A DNA stretch of 64,000 bases. Origin: Clostridia bacterium. GTDB taxonomy: Bacteria; Bacillota; Clostridia; UBA1381. The stretch is from NCBI GenBank assembly GCA_045647245.1, contig JAZRMB010000025.1:12285-76284 (forward strand). The letters are read 5' to 3'. Under the pieces are notes generated by a model. That model made no database searches, was not told where the DNA came from, and saw nothing but the letters and a program-made list of their open reading frames with translations. Both the position numbers and the translations under genes were made by a program. Positions 55,177 through 63,547 of this stretch are shown here, one piece after another (the first letter of the stretch is position 1; every line of letters starts with the position of its first letter).

Positions 55177-56415
55177 ATGGGATGTACAGGAGAAAATATG
55201 TATTCTGTTAAGATTAATTCTATAGAAAAAAGAGTATATCGGGCTGACAGATGCGATTTTGTTCAGGCTGTGTCAGATGATACCGTAAAAATAGAGGTTA
55301 TCTGCAAAAGTGATATCAAAACGGCTGTTTTAAAGCCGCTTTCAATGGGAAAAGTACCTGCGGTTTCGGATAATACGGTTACATTTGAAGCCAAAAGTGG
55401 CGATAAGCTTTGTCTGGTTATAAACGGCGATAAAAAGCGTCCGCTCTTTGTATCGGTAAGCCCACGTATTGAACGACCGGAGGATAACGGAAACACTTTA
55501 TATTTTGAAGGTGAAAAGGACTATAATACAGGAATTATCGAGCTTTCGGACAATCAGACGGTATATATAGGAGAAGGCACGGTGATAAACGGAGGCCTCA
55601 GGGCAGAAAATAAGAAGAATATCAGAATTATCGGTCATGGTATCATAAAGAATCTCACTAAAAGTTGCGTTACGGAATTTAAATACTGTGACGGTATATA
55701 TATAGAAGGAATAACTGCTGTCGGATACGGTGCGTGGCATAATAACTGGCGGCATTGCACTAATATTGATGTTAATGACTATAAGATATATGGCGGTGAA
55801 ATCTATTCGGACGGTATCGACCTTGTCGCTTGCTCTGATGCACATCTTAAAAATATAATGATATGCAATAACGATGATGGCATATGTGTAAAGCTCTCGG
55901 GTGGTAAAGCTGAGAATATTGTTTCGGAGGATTGTGTAATCTGGAGCGGCGAGCGCGGTAATTCAACAGAAATTGGTTATGAGCTTGAGGGCGACTACGT
56001 AAGGAATGTTGTATTTAAAAATATTGATGTTATAAACAGGGGAACAAGAGAGTCAAAATTCCGACGATCTGCAATCAGCATACATAACGCAGGCAGTGCG
56101 AAGGTTTATGATGTTGTGTATGATAATATAAGGATTGAAGAGACTGAAGAAAATCTTTTCCATATCGAAAGAATCGAGGAGTGCCCGTGGGGTGAATGCA
56201 GGGGAAGTATAGAAAATATCAGGCTTGAAAATATTTCATACCTTGATACAAAAAAAGCTCCGATTAACATTATAAATAATGCAAAAGTGAAGGGGAAGCT
56301 TGATATAAGCTTTAAAAATCTTGTATGTGGCGGAAAAAGGATAGAGACAGTTGAAGAATTGAAGGAAAACGGACTTGTTGTTTCGGGTGAGGCTCTGATA
56401 AGCTTTCATAAATAA
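55177..56415 (+). CDS. beta-helix glycoside hydrolase (GH28-like) without signal peptide
   Basis: Close paralog of the C-terminal half of 52818-55010 (for example CVIWSGERGNSTEIGYELEGDYVRNVVFKNIDVINRGTRESKFRRSAISIHNAG). The start is ambiguous: GTG 55168, ATG 55177 or ATG 55198. Confidence 0.75.
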   Translation: MGCTGENMYSVKINSIEKRVYRADRCDFVQAVSDDTVKIEVICKSDIKTAVLKPLSMGKVPAVSDNTVTFEAKSGDKLCLVINGDKKRPLFVSVSPRIERPEDNGNTLYFEGEKDYNTGIIELSDNQTVYIGEGTVINGGLRAENKKNIRIIGHGIIKNLTKSCVTEFKYCDGIYIEGITAVGYGAWHNNWRHCTNIDVNDYKIYGGEIYSDGIDLVACSDAHLKNIMICNNDDGICVKLSGGKAENIVSEDCVIWSGERGNSTEIGYELEGDYVRNVVFKNIDVINRGTRESKFRRSAISIHNAGSAKVYDVVYDNIRIEETEENLFHIERIEECPWGECRGSIENIRLENISYLDTKKAPINIINNAKVKGKLDISFKNLVCGGKRIETVEELKENGLVVSGEALISFHK

Positions 56416-56495
56416 AGCAATATAAAAAGCTGTACATTATAAAAAGCCATTTTACAGCAAATTATCTAAAAATAGTATTTTTTTGCCGTAACCTC

Positions 56496-56524
56496 TTGAA
56501 TAATCGCGAAAATGGGTATATAAT
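56496..56524 (+). promoter_or_regulatory. candidate sigma-A promoter of pta
   Basis: TTGAAT (56496-56501), 17 nt spacer, TATAAT (56519-56524). Confidence 0.5.
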
Positions 56525-56586
56525 AAAAATGATGCGCACGGGGCATTTTTTCGTGCGTTAATAATATAATATAAGGAGCGATTTTG

Positions 56587-57588
56587 ATGAGCGCATTTAC
56601 AGACAAATTAAAACAGCGTGCAAAGGCAGATATTAAAACAATTGTCCTTGCAGAGGGTGAGGATATCAGAACTCTTGAAGCTGCTGATATGGTAATTAAA
56701 GAGGGTTATGCAAAGATTATAATTCTCGGAAATGTTGAAAAAATCAATGCTATGGCGGCTGAAAAGGGACTTGACCTTTCTGCTGCACAGATTATTGACC
56801 CTGAAAATTCAGATAAGACTGCAGCATATGCAGATAAGTTCTATGAAATGAGAAAAGCAAAGGGTATGACTCCCGAAAAGGCTCTTGAAACTGTTAAGAA
56901 CGTTCTCTACTACGGCGTTATGATGGTAGAAGAGGGTGCGGCTGACGGTATGGTTGCAGGTGCTTGTAACTCTTCTGCAAACGTTATTCGTCCTTCACTT
57001 CAGGTTCTTAAGACAAAGCCGGGAACAAAGCTTGTTTCTGCATTCTTTGTAATTGTAGTACCCGATTGTGAGTATGGTGAAAACGGTTCTTTCGTATTCA
57101 GCGACAGCGGTCTTGTTGAGAACCCCGATGCAGATGCACTTTCAGAGATTGCTATTGCGTCAGCATCAAGCTTTAAACAGTTAATTGGTGCTGAACCCAA
57201 GGTTGCTATGCTTTCATACTCAACCTATGGCAGTGCAAAGAGTGAGCTTGTTGATAAGGTTCAGGAAGCAACACGCCTTGCAAAAGAAAAGGCTCCCGAC
57301 TTGAAGCTTGACGGAGAAATGCAGCTTGATGCCGCAATCGTTCCTGAAATAGGCAAGTCAAAGGCCCCTGATTCAGACATAGCAGGCTCTGCAAACGTAC
57401 TTATTTTCCCCGACCTCAATGCAGGTAACATCGGCTACAAGCTCGCACAGCGTCTTGCAAAAGCCGAAGCTTACGGTCCTGTTCTCCAGGGTATCCGCAA
57501 GCCCGTCAACGACCTCTCCAGAGGCTGCAGTGCTGAAGATATAGCAGGAGTAGTGGCAATAACCTGCGTACAAGCCCAGGAAGCTTGA
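56587..57588 (+). CDS. pta: phosphate acetyltransferase
   Basis: 333 aa with IVLAEGEDIRTLEAA, DGMVAGA and NVLIFPDLNAGNIGYKLAQRLA motifs. ATG 56587 follows aaggag. Confidence 0.93.
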   Translation: MSAFTDKLKQRAKADIKTIVLAEGEDIRTLEAADMVIKEGYAKIIILGNVEKINAMAAEKGLDLSAAQIIDPENSDKTAAYADKFYEMRKAKGMTPEKALETVKNVLYYGVMMVEEGAADGMVAGACNSSANVIRPSLQVLKTKPGTKLVSAFFVIVVPDCEYGENGSFVFSDSGLVENPDADALSEIAIASASSFKQLIGAEPKVAMLSYSTYGSAKSELVDKVQEATRLAKEKAPDLKLDGEMQLDAAIVPEIGKSKAPDSDIAGSANVLIFPDLNAGNIGYKLAQRLAKAEAYGPVLQGIRKPVNDLSRGCSAEDIAGVVAITCVQAQEA

Positions 57589-57599
57589 TTTGGTTTGAT

Positions 57600-57682
57600 A
57601 AAATCGCCCACAGCGCCTTTCGCAGAGACTCGGAGTATCAGCATACACCTTCGTCTCTTTAAAATGCACTGTGAACGATTTT
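57600..57682. repeat. B-type palindromic intergenic element, copy 2
   Basis: AAAATCGCCCACAGCG ... GCACTGTGAACGATTTT with the inner stem agagac...gtctct. Confidence 0.7.
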
Positions 57683-57763
57683 CTCTGCACCAAATACGTT
57701 GGAATTTACAGTTTGCAAAATGGCAGTCTGAAAAAAATTATCTGTGCTTCAAGCTAAGCGGAA

Positions 57764-57908
57764 AAAATCGCTCCGTTTTCGGTTCGGGGCGGTACTGCTA
57801 ATGATTACAATCGGCAGAGCCGATTGCACTAATTCGATTATCCAAATCGAAGATTTGGAATCTCATTGAGCAGCACCCTCGTCGAGAAACAGAACTGTGA
57901 ACGATTTT
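57764..57908. repeat. B-type palindromic intergenic element, copy 3 (longer, nested hairpins)
   Basis: AAAATCGCTCCG ... AACTGTGAACGATTTT termini. Inner hairpins are aatcgg-cagag-ccgatt and ccaaatc-gaag-gatttgg. The 3' flank ctctgc matches copy 2. Confidence 0.6.
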
Positions 57909-57979
57909 CTCTGCGTTTCAAGCCAACGTAGGATTCACTATTCATTTTTTCATTATTATAAGAAAGGGAGTTAATTTAA

Positions 57980-59179
57980 ATGAAAGTTTTAGTTATAAAT
58001 GCCGGAAGTTCATCTCTTAAGTATCAGCTTTTTGATATGGATACGGTAACTGTTCTTGCAAAGGGTCTTTGCGAAAGAATAGGTATTGAAGGTTCAAACC
58101 TTCAGCATAAGAATATTGCAAAGGATATTGCAAAGAAGATTGAAAGCCCGATGAATAATCATGCTGACGGTATCAAGCTTGTTATCGAGGCTCTTACAAA
58201 CGAAGAGTACGGCGTTATTTCTTCAATGAGCGAAATAGGCGCTGTAGGTCACAGAGTTGTACACGGCGGAGAATTCTTTGCTGATTCCTTCGTTATTGAC
58301 GGAAAGGTTAAAGAAGCTCTTAAGATGTGTATTCCTCTTGCACCGCTCCACAATCCCCCGAATATTACAGGTATCGAGGCTTGTGAAGCACTTATGCCGG
58401 GCGTTCCGCAGGTTGCTGTATTTGATACTGCATTCCATCAGACAGTGCCCAAGAAGGCATATATGTATGCTCTTCCTTATGAGCTTTATGAAAAGCATAA
58501 GATAAGAAAGTACGGCTTCCATGGTACAAGCCACAAGTATGTTGCACAGGAAGCTGCAAAGATGCTTGGTAAGCCGATTGAAGAAGTTAAAATTATCACC
58601 TGCCACCTTGGAAACGGCTCATCAATTTCAGCTGTTGACGGCGGTAAGTGTGCTGATACATCAATGGGCTTTACACCGCTTGACGGTGTTGTAATGGGTA
58701 CAAGAACAGGTTCTATGGACCCTGCTGTTGTTACCTTCCTTATGGAAAATGAGAACCTTGATGTTAAGGGTGTAGACAACCTTATGAACAAAAAGTCAGG
58801 CGTCTTTGGTGTGTCGGGCGTAAGCTCAGACTTCAGAGACCTTTCTGCTGCTGCAAAAGAAGGCAATGACAGAGCACAGCTTGCACTTGATATGTTTACA
58901 TACAGCGTTAAGAAGCGTATCGGCGCAGGTTCTGCCGCAATGGGCGGTGTGGATGCTGTGGTATTCACTGCAGGTGTCGGTGAGAACGATGCTGCAACAA
59001 GAGCTTCAATAGTTGAAGGTCTTGAATTTATGGGAATCAAGATAGATAGCGAAAAGAACAAAAAGCGTGGCGAGGCTCTTGATATCTCTGCAGATGACGC
59101 AACTGTAAGAACTCTCGTTATTCCTACAAACGAAGAGCTTATGATTGCACTTGACACAGTAAGACTTGTTCAGGGATAA
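57980..59179 (+). CDS. ackA: acetate kinase
   Basis: 399 aa with [32 protein letters not shown] and VFTAGVGEN motifs. Confidence 0.95.
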   Translation: MKVLVINAGSSSLKYQLFDMDTVTVLAKGLCERIGIEGSNLQHKNIAKDIAKKIESPMNNHADGIKLVIEALTNEEYGVISSMSEIGAVGHRVVHGGEFFADSFVIDGKVKEALKMCIPLAPLHNPPNITGIEACEALMPGVPQVAVFDTAFHQTVPKKAYMYALPYELYEKHKIRKYGFHGTSHKYVAQEAAKMLGKPIEEVKIITCHLGNGSSISAVDGGKCADTSMGFTPLDGVVMGTRTGSMDPAVVTFLMENENLDVKGVDNLMNKKSGVFGVSGVSSDFRDLSAAAKEGNDRAQLALDMFTYSVKKRIGAGSAAMGGVDAVVFTAGVGENDAATRASIVEGLEFMGIKIDSEKNKKRGEALDISADDATVRTLVIPTNEELMIALDTVRLVQG

Positions 59180-59189
59180 TTAAATTTTC

Positions 59190-59240
59190 AAACAACAGCG
59201 TTTTGACTAAAAGCAACTGTCATAAACGCTGTTGTTTTTA
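59190..59240 (+). terminator. rho-independent terminator of ackA
   Basis: aacaacagcgttt ... aaacgctgttgtt stem followed by ttt. Confidence 0.7.
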
Positions 59241-59273
59241 CGTTATGTACATAATATTTTTTCGCAAAAGCTA

Positions 59274-59302
59274 TTGACAAGATGAGTAAAATTATGTATA
59301 AT
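59274..59302 (+). promoter_or_regulatory. consensus sigma-A promoter of ylxM-ffh-rpsP operon
   Basis: TTGACA (59274-59279), 17 nt spacer, TATAAT (59297-59302). Confidence 0.6.
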
Positions 59303-59355
59303 AACGTCTGTAAAGTTTAATGCCTTTACAGGCAGGGAGTGACGGTGCTTGAAAA

Positions 59356-59682
59356 ATGAGTAAGAATCTTACGATAACTGTACTGCTTGATTTTTACGGT
59401 GAGCTTTTGACGGCGAAGCAGGCGGATGCACTGAGGCTCTACTATGATGAGGATTGCTCTTTATCGGAGATTGCCGATGATATGGGAATCTCAAGGCAGG
59501 GAGCAAGGGACTTTATAAAGCGCGGCGAACAGCAGCTTTTTGAGTTTGAGGAAAAGCTGGGGCTGGCAAGGCGTTTTGAAGAAATCACAAAGGCTGCATT
59601 GAAGCTTGAGGAGTTTTTTGAAGAGCAGAATGTGAGCGATGAGGCGAAACAGCTTTTGGAGAGAATTAAGGATAACTTATAA
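59356..59682 (+). CDS. ylxM: YlxM/UPF0122 putative DNA-binding protein
   Basis: LLDFYGELLTAKQADALRLYYDEDCSLSEIADDMGISRQGARDFIKRG. It occupies the conserved position upstream of ffh. Confidence 0.85.
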   Translation: MSKNLTITVLLDFYGELLTAKQADALRLYYDEDCSLSEIADDMGISRQGARDFIKRGEQQLFEFEEKLGLARRFEEITKAALKLEEFFEEQNVSDEAKQLLERIKDNL

Positions 59683-59696
59683 AAAGAGGTGTAAAA

Positions 59697-61049
59697 ATGG
59701 CATTTGAAAATCTCGGCGATAAGCTGCAGGAGGTCTTTAAGGGACTTACCTCTAAGGGAAAGCTTACCGAAAAGGACATAAAAACAGCGATGCGTGAGGT
59801 TAAGCTTGCACTTTTGGAGGCGGATGTTAACTTCAAGGTTGTTAAAGACTTTGTAGCATCGGTATCCGAAAAGGCTCTTGAAGCAGGTGTTTTGGAGTCA
59901 TTGACACCCGGACAGAATGTTATAAAGGTAGTAAGAGACGAGCTTACCGTTTTAATGGGGTCGGAGAATGAAAGACTGAACTTTTCAAACAATCCTCCAA
60001 CCGTTATTATGCTCTGCGGTTTGCAGGGTGCAGGTAAAACGACAGCCTGCGGAAAGCTTGCACTTTCGCTTCGTAAGCAGTTTGATAAAAGACCGCTTAT
60101 GGTAGCGTGTGACGTTTACAGACCTGCCGCTGTTAAACAGCTTGAGGTTTTGGGCTCGCAGATAAATGTGCCGGTATTTTCTAAAGGTATAGCCGCAAAT
60201 CCGGTTGAAATTGCAAAGGAAGCCTTAGCACATGCACGTCAGCACGGGAATGACCCGGTTATCATAGATACTGCAGGTAGACTTCATATTGATGAAGAGC
60301 TTATGCAGGAGCTTAAAAATATAAAGGCAGAAACAAAGCCGAATGAAATACTTCTTGTTGTCGATGCGATGACAGGTCAGGATGCGGTTAACGTATCGGA
60401 AAGCTTTAACAACGAGCTTGATGTTACGGGTATCATCCTTTCAAAGCTTGACGGTGACACAAGAGGCGGTGCGGCACTTTCTGTAAAGGCTGTTACAAAC
60501 AAGCCGATAAAGTATGCATCAATGGGTGAGAAGCTGTCTGATTTGGAGCTTTTCCATCCCGAAAGAATGGCAAGCAGAATTTTGGGAATGGGTGATGTGC
60601 TTACCCTTATAGATAAAGCTCAGGATATAGTTGATGAGAAGGAAGCGGCACTTTTAGAGAAAAAGATGCGTGAGCAGAGCTTCGACTTAGAGGACTTTTT
60701 AACACAGCTTCAAAGTATTAAAAAGCTCGGTTCTATAAGTCAGATTCTCGGAATGCTTCCCGGAATAGATAAAAAGATAATGGAACAGGTTGACCCGGAG
60801 GAAAGTGAAAAGAGATTAAAGCGTACAGAAGCGATAATTCGTTCAATGACGCCGGAGGAGCGAAGAAAGCCGCAGATAATTGCTGCAAGCCGCAAGGTAA
60901 GAATTTCAAAAGGAAGCGGTACAAGGGTTCAGGATGTAAATGAGCTTTTGAAGCAGTTTGAACAGATGCGAAAGATGATGAAGGAATTATCCGGCCCCAG
61001 ACAGGCGAAATTGATGAAGCGTCTGAAGAAGTTTGGCGGCAAAATGTGA
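59697..61049 (+). CDS. ffh: signal recognition particle protein Ffh
   Basis: 450 aa with GLQGAGKTT, DTAGRL and the Met-rich M domain. Confidence 0.95.
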   Translation: MAFENLGDKLQEVFKGLTSKGKLTEKDIKTAMREVKLALLEADVNFKVVKDFVASVSEKALEAGVLESLTPGQNVIKVVRDELTVLMGSENERLNFSNNPPTVIMLCGLQGAGKTTACGKLALSLRKQFDKRPLMVACDVYRPAAVKQLEVLGSQINVPVFSKGIAANPVEIAKEALAHARQHGNDPVIIDTAGRLHIDEELMQELKNIKAETKPNEILLVVDAMTGQDAVNVSESFNNELDVTGIILSKLDGDTRGGAALSVKAVTNKPIKYASMGEKLSDLELFHPERMASRILGMGDVLTLIDKAQDIVDEKEAALLEKKMREQSFDLEDFLTQLQSIKKLGSISQILGMLPGIDKKIMEQVDPEESEKRLKRTEAIIRSMTPEERRKPQIIAASRKVRISKGSGTRVQDVNELLKQFEQMRKMMKELSGPRQAKLMKRLKKFGGKM

Positions 61050-61112
61050 TATATAAGCTACGTGCTTTTATATAAATAAATTTTAGAAAATAATTTATGG
61101 AGGTGAATCATA

Positions 61113-61355
61113 ATGGCAGTTAAAATCAGACTTAGAAGAATGGGTGCAAAGTAGGCTCCTTTCTATAGAGTTGTAGTTGCAGATTCAAGATATCCCAGAG
61201 ACGGTAGATTTATCGAAGAGATCGGAACATACAATCCGCTTACAGATCCCGCTACCGTAAACATTGATGCTGATCTTGCAAAGAAGTGGATTGGCAACGG
61301 CGCTCAGCCTACCGATACGGTAAAGGCTCTTTTGAAGAAGCAGGGAATTATGTAA
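61113..61355 (+). CDS. rpsP: 30S ribosomal protein S16 with an in-frame TAG at codon 14
   Basis: [45 protein letters not shown]... RBS ggaggtg lies upstream. Not in the ORF track because the TAG (61152-61154) splits it below the length cutoff. Confidence 0.85.
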
Positions 61356-61386
61356 TCCCGAATCGCTGTAAGAAGGAGATTTTATT

Positions 61387-61614
61387 ATGAAAGAGGTATT
61401 AGAGCTGATTGCGAAGGCTTTGGTTGACGACGTTGATGCTGTATCCGTAACTGAGGTTGAGGGCGAGCAGTCCGTTATACTTGAGCTTCGTGTAGCTGAA
61501 GGAGATATGGGCAAGGTAATCGGAAAGCAGGGCAGAATTGCAAAGGCAATCCGTACTGTTGTCAAAGCAGCCGCAAGCCGTGAGGACAAGCGTGTTGTAG
61601 TAGAGATTATTTAA
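61387..61614 (+). CDS. KH-domain RNA-binding protein (YlqC family)
   Basis: 75 aa; GKVIGKQGRIAKAIRTVV GXXG KH motif; conserved position between rpsP and rimM. Confidence 0.85.
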   Translation: MKEVLELIAKALVDDVDAVSVTEVEGEQSVILELRVAEGDMGKVIGKQGRIAKAIRTVVKAAASREDKRVVVEII

Positions 61615-61703
61615 CATAGCTCTTTGGGGGTGTAAAAAAGTCACGAAAATCCATAATGACTTTTTTACAGCCTCTTTTTCATATTACGAAAGGAATGATT
61701 TTT

Positions 61704-62204
61704 ATGAACCGTCTTGAAGTGGGAAAAATCGTAAATACTCACGGCTTAAAAGGTGAGGTTAAAATTATACCTTGGACGGATTATCCCGAGGTATTTGAAG
61801 AAATTGAAGAAATATATCTTCCCGATGGCACAATGTTTAAAGTAAAAGGTGTTAAGTATCAGAAGAATAACATTATAGTAAAGCTTGAGGGAATAAATTA
61901 TATAGATGAAGCAGAAAAGCTAAAAGGTAAGGTTATAACAGCGGACAGAGAGTTTTTAGGTGAGCTTGAAGAGGGTGTGTACTATGTTGCAGACCTTATC
62001 GGACTTTCGGTTGTGACGGAGGATGGCGAGCAAATCGGTAAAATATCCGATGTATTAAGAACCGGTGCAAACGATGTGTACGAGGTAAAAAGAGAGGGCA
62101 AAAAGGATTTGCTTATCCCGGTTATTGACAGTGTTGTAAAGGATGTTGATATAGAGGGCGGCAAGGTTTTGGTACATCTTATGGAAGGATTGCTTGACTT
62201 ATGA
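61704..62204 (+). CDS. rimM: ribosome maturation factor RimM
   Basis: LEVGKIVNTHGLKGEVKI ... YYVADLIGL ... C-terminal PRC barrel. Start at Met17 of the tracked ORF. Confidence 0.9.
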   Translation: MNRLEVGKIVNTHGLKGEVKIIPWTDYPEVFEEIEEIYLPDGTMFKVKGVKYQKNNIIVKLEGINYIDEAEKLKGKVITADREFLGELEEGVYYVADLIGLSVVTEDGEQIGKISDVLRTGANDVYEVKREGKKDLLIPVIDSVVKDVDIEGGKVLVHLMEGLLDL

Positions 62205-62947
62205 TGAAATTTGACGTTCTTACGTTGTTTCCGGCAATGTTTGAGGCTGTTTTGGGCGACAGCATCATTGCAAGAGCTGAGAAAAACGGTATTATAGAAA
62301 CACGATTTCTTAATATTCGTGATTTTTCAAAAAACAAGCATAAGAAAACCGATGAATACCCATATTCGGGCGGTGGCGGTATGCTTATGACGCCACAGCC
62401 TATTTATGATGCCTACCAAAGTATTGCGGAAGGTCTTTCATATAAGCCGCATACAATCTATATGTCACCGCAGGGCCAAACCTTTACCCAGGAAAGGGCA
62501 AAGGAGCTTTCAAAAATGGAGCATATAGTGATTTTGTGCGGACATTATGAGGGTGTGGACCAGAGAGTTCTTGATTTGATTGTGGATGAGGAAATATCAA
62601 TCGGGGACTTTGTTCTGACGGGTGGTGAGATACCTGCAATGGCGGTTATTGACTCGGTATCGAGAATGTTACCCGGAGTTCTTTCCGAAGAGTCAAGCTT
62701 TATGAACGAAAGCCACTACAGCGGACTTTTAGAGCATCCGCAGTACACACGTCCCGAGGAATTTATGGGAATGGGAATCCCCGACGTACTTTTATCGGGA
62801 CATCATAAAAATATCGAAAAATGGAAGAGAGAAAAATCTCTTGAAACTACACTCAAAAAAAGACCCGAACTCCTGGATAAAGCAGAGCTTGATAAAAAAG
62901 ATATTGAATTTTTAAAGAGTCTCGGGTATGAGCGTAAAAAAGATTGA
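62201..62947 (+). CDS. trmD: tRNA (guanine37-N1)-methyltransferase
   Basis: FDVLTLFPAMFE, CGHYEGVDQRV and SIGDFVLTGGE motifs. Confidence 0.95.
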   Translation: MMKFDVLTLFPAMFEAVLGDSIIARAEKNGIIETRFLNIRDFSKNKHKKTDEYPYSGGGGMLMTPQPIYDAYQSIAEGLSYKPHTIYMSPQGQTFTQERAKELSKMEHIVILCGHYEGVDQRVLDLIVDEEISIGDFVLTGGEIPAMAVIDSVSRMLPGVLSEESSFMNESHYSGLLEHPQYTRPEEFMGMGIPDVLLSGHHKNIEKWKREKSLETTLKKRPELLDKAELDKKDIEFLKSLGYERKKD

Positions 62948-63330
62948 TGTCAAGGGGAGAAAGCTATGAAAAGCAAAGTTATAGAAGCCATATAAAGAGA
63001 AAAGCTTATCGTAATTGTATACACTATAGTCAGGAATTAAAAAGAGGCTGTGTTAAACATATATTGTGTATAAAAGCACATATAGTGTTTAATGCGGCAG
63101 TCTTTTTTTGCGGTGCAAATCTGCGTATTGTAAATGTTTGCATTATATTTATACTTACGTTTTGTTGTGATAAATGCTTTTGAAAAGCACAAAAAGAACT
63201 TTGATGAGCTTTTTATGATTTTGTCGTTTTTGGGGGAAGCTGAGTAATTCCAGTTCGCGTGTGCAAAATTGCGCATCAAGATTTTGCTTAGAAAAAGGTT
63301 AGAAGTGGCGGGATATATTCGAACCACCGG

Positions 63331-63371
63331 GAAAACAAAAAACCTCACAAACCGTTTGGTTGTGAGGTTTT
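63331..63371 (-). terminator. rho-independent terminator directly after the tRNA-Lys 3' end
   Basis: Minus-strand aacctcacaa-ccaaacggt-ttgtgaggtt followed by uuuuuuguuuu. Confidence 0.7.
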
Positions 63372-63374
63372 TCT

Positions 63375-63420
63375 TGGTGAGCCATCGGAGATTCGAACTC
63401 CGGACAACTTGATTAAAAGT
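63375..63420 (-). tRNA. 3' fragment (anticodon loop to CCA) of tRNA-Lys(UUU); probable att-site half
   Basis: The minus strand reads ACTTTTAATCAAGTTGTCCGGAGTTCGAATCTCCGATGGCTCACCA. This gives the CUUUUAA anticodon loop, T-arm CGGAG-TTCGAAT-CTCCG and acceptor ATGGCTC-A-CCA, as in Firmicute tRNA-Lys. The sequence upstream (aaaataata) lacks the 5' half (expected GAGCCAT...). Confidence 0.7.
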
Positions 63421-63512
63421 TATTATTTTGGCGGTTTGTTGGGTGCGGTGTTGTTGTTAAATGGCTTTATTACTACATTTTTGAGGTTTGTATAATATAC
63501 TGCAATATGATA

Positions 63513-63545
63513 AACTACCGTACAACTACCGTACTTATACCGCAC
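63513..63545. repeat. tandem 11-bp direct repeats between att fragment and integrase
   Basis: aactaccgtac occurs at 63513-63523 and 63524-63534, followed by the degenerate ttataccgcac at 63535-63545. Confidence 0.6.
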
Positions 63546-63547
63546 TT

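Noticed and set aside
61152-61154. Pyrrolysine as the specific explanation for TAG at a Lys position in S16.
   Set aside because: No pyl genes, PYLIS-like context or tRNA-CUA are visible in this window, and the other in-frame TAG replaces Glu rather than Lys. I kept it only as one option to test.
62964-62993. The 9-codon ORF MKSKVIEAI considered as a truncated rplS N-terminus.
   Set aside because: The resemblance to L19 N-termini is too short and weak, and nothing downstream continues the L19 sequence in any frame.
63304-63332. A GGTTCGAAT T-loop-like string (minus strand) considered as a second tRNA remnant.
   Set aside because: The flanking bases cannot form a T-stem or an acceptor stem, so there is not enough to call a tRNA fragment.
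62944-63348. ORFs 62944-63183 (+, 79 aa) and 63037-63348 (-, 103 aa) downstream of trmD.
   Set aside because: They overlap each other in AT-rich sequence. Their composition is Cys/Ile/Phe/Lys-rich and they have no RBS or recognisable motif. They are most likely noncoding.
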